DNA of 64,000 nucleotides from Candidatus Omnitrophota bacterium (GTDB lineage Bacteria; Omnitrophota; Gorgyraeia; Zapsychrales; Fredricksoniimonadaceae): NCBI GenBank assembly GCA_963828495.1, contig CAWHFJ010000017.1, positions 148,342 to 212,341 of the forward strand, read 5' to 3'. Shown piece by piece: positions 60,519 to 64,000 of this stretch (position 1 is its first letter; each line of letters starts with the position of its first letter). The notes under the pieces were generated by a model. It saw only the letters and a program-made list of their open reading frames with translations, ran no database searches and was not told where the DNA came from. The position numbers and the translations under genes were made by a program.

Positions 60519-61679
60519 TCACCTGGTAAGAATACGATGTAGCTTCGCGTCCAAATCCTCGGCGGTTTCTTTGTCTGCGGCAATAGCCTTGAGGGCCTGT
60601 TCTACCTCGTCAGAATCAAGCAAGGATTCCGCCATCCGAAGCCGGGTGTCAGCTCGCTTCCAGGAATTCTGCTGCATATCGCCCAACGCCGTGTATTTCT
60701 CGCCTGATTTATCGAATGAATACTCGATTTGCCAGTGCCACGCCTCGCCGGCCGTCTTATAATCCCCGACTATCCTAATTGCGAGTGAACTCAACTCGGG
60801 CAGTCTCTTGCCGTCCGGCGAGTCGGCGAATACCTTTACGTCACCCCACATGTCGCCCACTGCCCGCATGTAGTCTGCATAGATAATGCCAACCTCCGTC
60901 TTTGCTTGGAGCTTCTTGAGTACGTTCAACATATCGTGCGGCGATTTGGGAGCGTTGCGATACACCGCAATCGCTTCTTGGCGTCGTTTTTCCTCAGCCC
61001 GCCGTGTTTCCTCAGCCATCCTCTGCGCGTTTTCTGCCGCACGTTTACGCTCTTCCTCTTCGGCAATTCGTTGTTTTTCCGCTGCCGCACGGTGCGCCTC
61101 TGCGTCGGCCAAGCGTTGCTTTTCGGCCTCTTCGGCTCGAATCCTTCCTGGACCTTCGCGTATAGGGCCGTCCGGGACTTTTCCGCGTCGGCAAGTTTCT
61201 TGGCGAATAGCTCATCCTTGATCTTGTGCGGCTTGGCGTCGTTGAGGACCACATCGTATGCCTTATAGGCTGCGAGAGGATCGGATCGCTGTAGCCGATC
61301 CGCCTGCTCAAGCCTGGCCAATACGCTGGCTTCGTTATTCAGCTCCCACGAATCGCTTGTGGCGACCATCCACACGACAAAGCCAACCATCGCCACGCCA
61401 ACGGCACCGCAAACGAACCAGAGAGCCTTGACCGCCGGGCTGAGCCCTGACGCGTCCTCTTCAGGAAGTTGGCCGCCGGATTGCGGCGGGGCTGGCGCTG
61501 CCGTCGCCTACAGCGAATAGTCCCTTCACGGCGCTTGCCGCAGCCCAGCCCGAGCTAGGCCCCTTCCTTACCGGTGTCTCGGGCGTGATCTTGCCTTCGC
61601 GGGTAAGTTGTACGAGCCTCTCAGACGAGAGCGGGCCGTGTTCGGTTTTGCCGATGCGGACGTACCATTCGGACGCCAT
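60519..61679 (-). pseudogene. GYF_2-domain / TM / coiled-coil protein, two frameshifts
   Basis: N-terminal WYVRIGKTEHGPLSSERLVQLTREGKITPETPVRKGPSSGWAAASAVKGLF (GYF_2-like). Then TM ALWFVCGAVGVAMVGFVVWMV, then an Arg/Glu/Ala coiled coil, then a C-terminal domain. Shifts at ~61500 and ~61130. Confidence 0.45.
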
Positions 61680-61979
61680 GATTGCCCTCCGATAGAAAAG
61701 GCTCCCCCGTTTGTATAGCCGATCGGTGCGCCGTAGCCCCGGCCCCAGTCGTCATGCTCCGCTATTCCGTTGGTGTGGACACGGCAAGCCGCATAGATCG
61801 GGCAACCGAAACGGGCAAGTGCGCAGCAGACTTGCCTCAGGCCTTTTCGGTTCAAGCCCGCCCGGTTCGCACGGAAACTCATAAGCTGGGTATGCAACTC
61901 TTCCGAACAACACTTTAATTGCTTCTCCAACCCACCGGTCAACATGCGCGTGACGTTTCGCCGTATCCGGCCGCGCAGA

Positions 61980-62704
61980 CTATGTCTCCCCCTCGTCTCG
62001 GTCGTTAGGATCGCCGTAGTCAATACCCCCTACAGCGGGGCAAGAGATAAGGTGTCGCCCGCCGTAGTTGTCGGTACGGTACCAACGCGAGGTTTTCAGC
62101 CTTGACTTCTTGTTGTCAACCATCGCGTTCCAGGCTTGGGCCAGAATCGCGATCTTCTCCGCCTGGGTGTTCACCCCGCTGTTGGTAGACTCGGTGAGGG
62201 CGTCGATGACGGCTTGGACCTTCTTCGCGCCGCCGGCCAGCAGGACGAAGAAGTCGGACGCATCGTCCCAGCGAGAGCACTCCAGCAACGACTCGTCTCG
62301 CGTTTCGGCGTTGCGGTAGTCGCTGGGGTCGGTGGTCGAACAGGCCATCAGGTACATCAGGCCGGCGGCTGAGCCGGGGCCGATACGGGTAGAGATACGA
62401 TGCCGGGTGCCATCCTCGACGTAGATATGCTGACGGATCGGAGGAGCCGTGGATGCCGCTCGATAAAGTCGAGGTATTCCGCATGCGTATGCTTCTTGGG
62501 ATTGAAGGCATCCAGCCACTCCCCTGCGCGGTAGCTGACCAAGGTGGCGGCGCTGCGAGCCATCTTCGCGCAGACCTTGCGGTCACGTGCTGTCATGTTG
62601 GCGAAGAGATCGCGATTTGCCACGTTGGTGAGAAAGGCACCACGGTTGACTTCGTCGGGAACCGACCGTTTTGTGACGGTCAGTAAACCTTCCTTGATTT
62701 TCAC
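61980..62704 (-). pseudogene. hypothetical protein (GC-rich block), frameshifted
   Basis: ORFs 62357-62704 and 61980-62519 overlap in different frames and appear collinear. No motif recognised. Confidence 0.25.
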
Positions 62705-63120
62705 GCTGAGCGCAGTCCGCGTTGGCTAGCCGCATGGCGGACGAGAATGGCCATGCTATGCGGCTGGCAGTGGTAATCCTTCTGGCGGCGCAGGGTAAAC
62801 TGCCTCCGCTTGAACCAGCGGTCCCATGGGTACTCGAATGGCGGATGTTTCATCGTTCCCTTTTCATCGTCGTTTGCTACAGGCGCCGGTCGCAGGTTTG
62901 TTTCGTTTCTTCCTCGCCCGCGACCACGCGGCCAGCCCTTGGTTTGTGGTTTGGAGAGGAACGCTCTCACACTTTCCAGGCTCACGTCGTAGCGATACCT
63001 CGTGATCGGGCCGCTGTTGGGCAACGGTTCGGAGATAGCGGTCAGCTTCCCCTGGTTGATCAACGTTCGCACGTATCGCCGATTGCAGCCGACGAGGGCT
63101 GCGGCTTCTTTGACGGTCAT
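62701..63120 (-). CDS. helix-turn-helix (excisionase/MerR-type HTH_17-like) DNA-binding protein
   Basis: The likely start is MTVKEAAALVGCNRRYVRTLINQGKLTA (ATG at 63120). The upstream part of the track ORF is probably untranslated. Confidence 0.5.
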   Translation of the reverse strand: MTVKEAAALVGCNRRYVRTLINQGKLTAISEPLPNSGPITRYRYDVSLESVRAFLSKPQTKGWPRGRGRGRNETNLRPAPVANDDEKGTMKHPPFEYPWDRWFKRRQFTLRRQKDYHCQPHSMAILVRHAASQRGLRSA

Positions 63121-63599
63121 CCGGTGTCCCTTGCGACACTGTTGTTTGCGAAATCGTGCCGCGTCTGCCGGCGAAGTACAGTCGCAAAACAAAAGGAGCG
63201 CCGAAACCCTGACTGCTCTGGGAGCCCTCGCCAAAGGGTGCGTGAGAACAGCACAAGGCCCAGCGCTCCCTTGCGGAGCGCGGAACCAAGTTGCTGCTTC
63301 TCACGGTCGGGAGCCTTACGGCCCTCGTTGGCGATTTTCCCGCAAGCAGACGCCTGACCGCGCAAGGTCAAGTTGTTGTCATTGGCCGTCTGATACCGCC
63401 GTAGTCGGTGCTCCTACCAAAATTGGTTCGATACGGTCCGGCCTGTCCGGGCCGGCTAGCGGACTGGCCCCCTCGTAGGTTTCCGCATTGCCGCCATCCT
63501 ACGCCCGCCCCTCCGCGGTCAAGCATCCTACCCTCCCACCGCCGGGACTGGCTGATTTTCCAGCGCAACCCGAAAGTGGGCTTTATCTTTTTGGGGATG

Positions 63600-64000
63600 G
63601 TCCCCTTCGGCCCCCGGTTTCCGCCGGTGGCCGGCGAGCGGCGGCTGGCGCGGTGGTCCAGGCCGGTTGGGCCGACGTGCCGGTGACGGTTGTCGAGGCG
63701 GACAACCGGCAGATGGCCGAGTTGGCGATCGTGGAAAACCTCCAGCGAAAGGACCTCAGCCCGCTGGAAAAGGCCGCCTCTTTCGAACGATACCTCGACC
63801 AGTACGGCTGCACCCAGGAGGAGCTGGCCGGCCGGTTGAAGATCGACCGGTCAACCATCGCGAACCTGATCCGGCTGCTGGAACTGCCCCCGGCCGTGCA
63901 GGATGCGATCCGCCGCAAGCAGATCAGCCCGGGCCATGCCCGCGCCTTGCTGCCGCTGGGCGACGAGGGGGAGCAGATCGACTTTTGCCGGCGCATTCAG
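63600..64000 (+). pseudogene. parB: ParB/Spo0J partition protein, partial (runs off the window), N-terminal region disrupted
   Basis: VAGERRL (63627-63647, frame 3), then after a shift AVVQAGWADVPVTVVEADNRQMAELAIVENLQRKDLSPLEKAASFERYLDQYGCTQEELAGRLKIDRSTIANLIRLLELPPAVQDAIRRKQISPGHARALLPL (frame 2). The expected N-terminal ParB box region is not recognisable upstream. Confidence 0.75.

Noticed and set aside
55546-63996. Long overlapping ORFs on both strands of the GC-rich block. Examples are 56896-57990(+), 56246-56704(+), 58024-58458(+), 57569-58009(-), 62722-63357(+) and 63583-63996(-).
   Set aside because: Stop-codon scarcity in GC-rich DNA produces long antisense and off-frame ORFs. Their translations are Arg/Ala/Pro-rich low-complexity strings without motifs, and they overlap frames that carry clear domain signatures.

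Overview
The window is compositionally two-part; all calls come from reading the ORF track and the sequence by eye, and identity and GC values are estimates, not computations.

(A) Positions 1 to ~55,545 are AT-rich (roughly 40-45% GC, locally ~50%). The gene content is that of a diderm bacterium: a TonB-dependent receptor, an Omp85-type TpsB and an OprO/P-type porin.
- 0.1-8.8 kb holds ordinary genes. These are a periplasmic binding protein plus histidine kinase, a TonB-dependent receptor, pcm, a CheY-like receiver, a PEBP-family protein, an OYE flavin reductase and a CxxC-x17-CxxC protein.
- 8.8-45.7 kb is one same-strand locus built around a two-partner-secretion (TPS) pair. The tpsA-like gene is ~27.2 kb (12625-39824, ~9,060 codons if read through). 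It has a signal peptide, a TPS domain and 18 arrays of GLUG-type 25-28-aa units separated by four classes of linker.
- tpsA is followed 9 nt later by a ShlB/FhaC-type tpsB (39834-41606). It is intact for its first 10.3 kb and last 3.4 kb, but carries about 15 frame lesions between 22.85 and 36.4 kb.
- The TPS pair is flanked by sulfur/sulfation genes. Upstream are a ferritin-like protein, an arylsulfotransferase-family protein, a TauE/SafE permease and a second arylsulfotransferase paralogue. Downstream are cysC, a frameshifted cysD, cysN and an anion porin.
- 45.7-55.5 kb holds a coiled-coil protein, a second ferritin-like paralogue coupled to a GH-A-like enzyme, and an accessory islet. The islet has a BrnT/BrnA-like pair, a dead DAACS symporter, an M48 peptidase, a lipoprotein, a Bro-N/DinD-like gene, an ORF6N gene and tcmP plus a DUF5131 fragment. 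It is rich in short dispersed repeats and shares a conserved 5-prime leader structure.

(B) From ~55,546 to 64,000 the sequence becomes abruptly GC-rich (>60% over most of it). The gene content looks Planctomycetota-like: TPR proteins, an FG-GAP/ASPIC CRTAC1-like protein, an SHD1-domain protein, a GYF_2 protein, an HTH protein and ParB. Almost every gene there is frame-disrupted. The switch falls inside the first ~10 codons of the DUF5131 gene, so the choice is between a chimeric assembly join and foreign DNA.

No rRNA, tRNA or CRISPR array was recognised.
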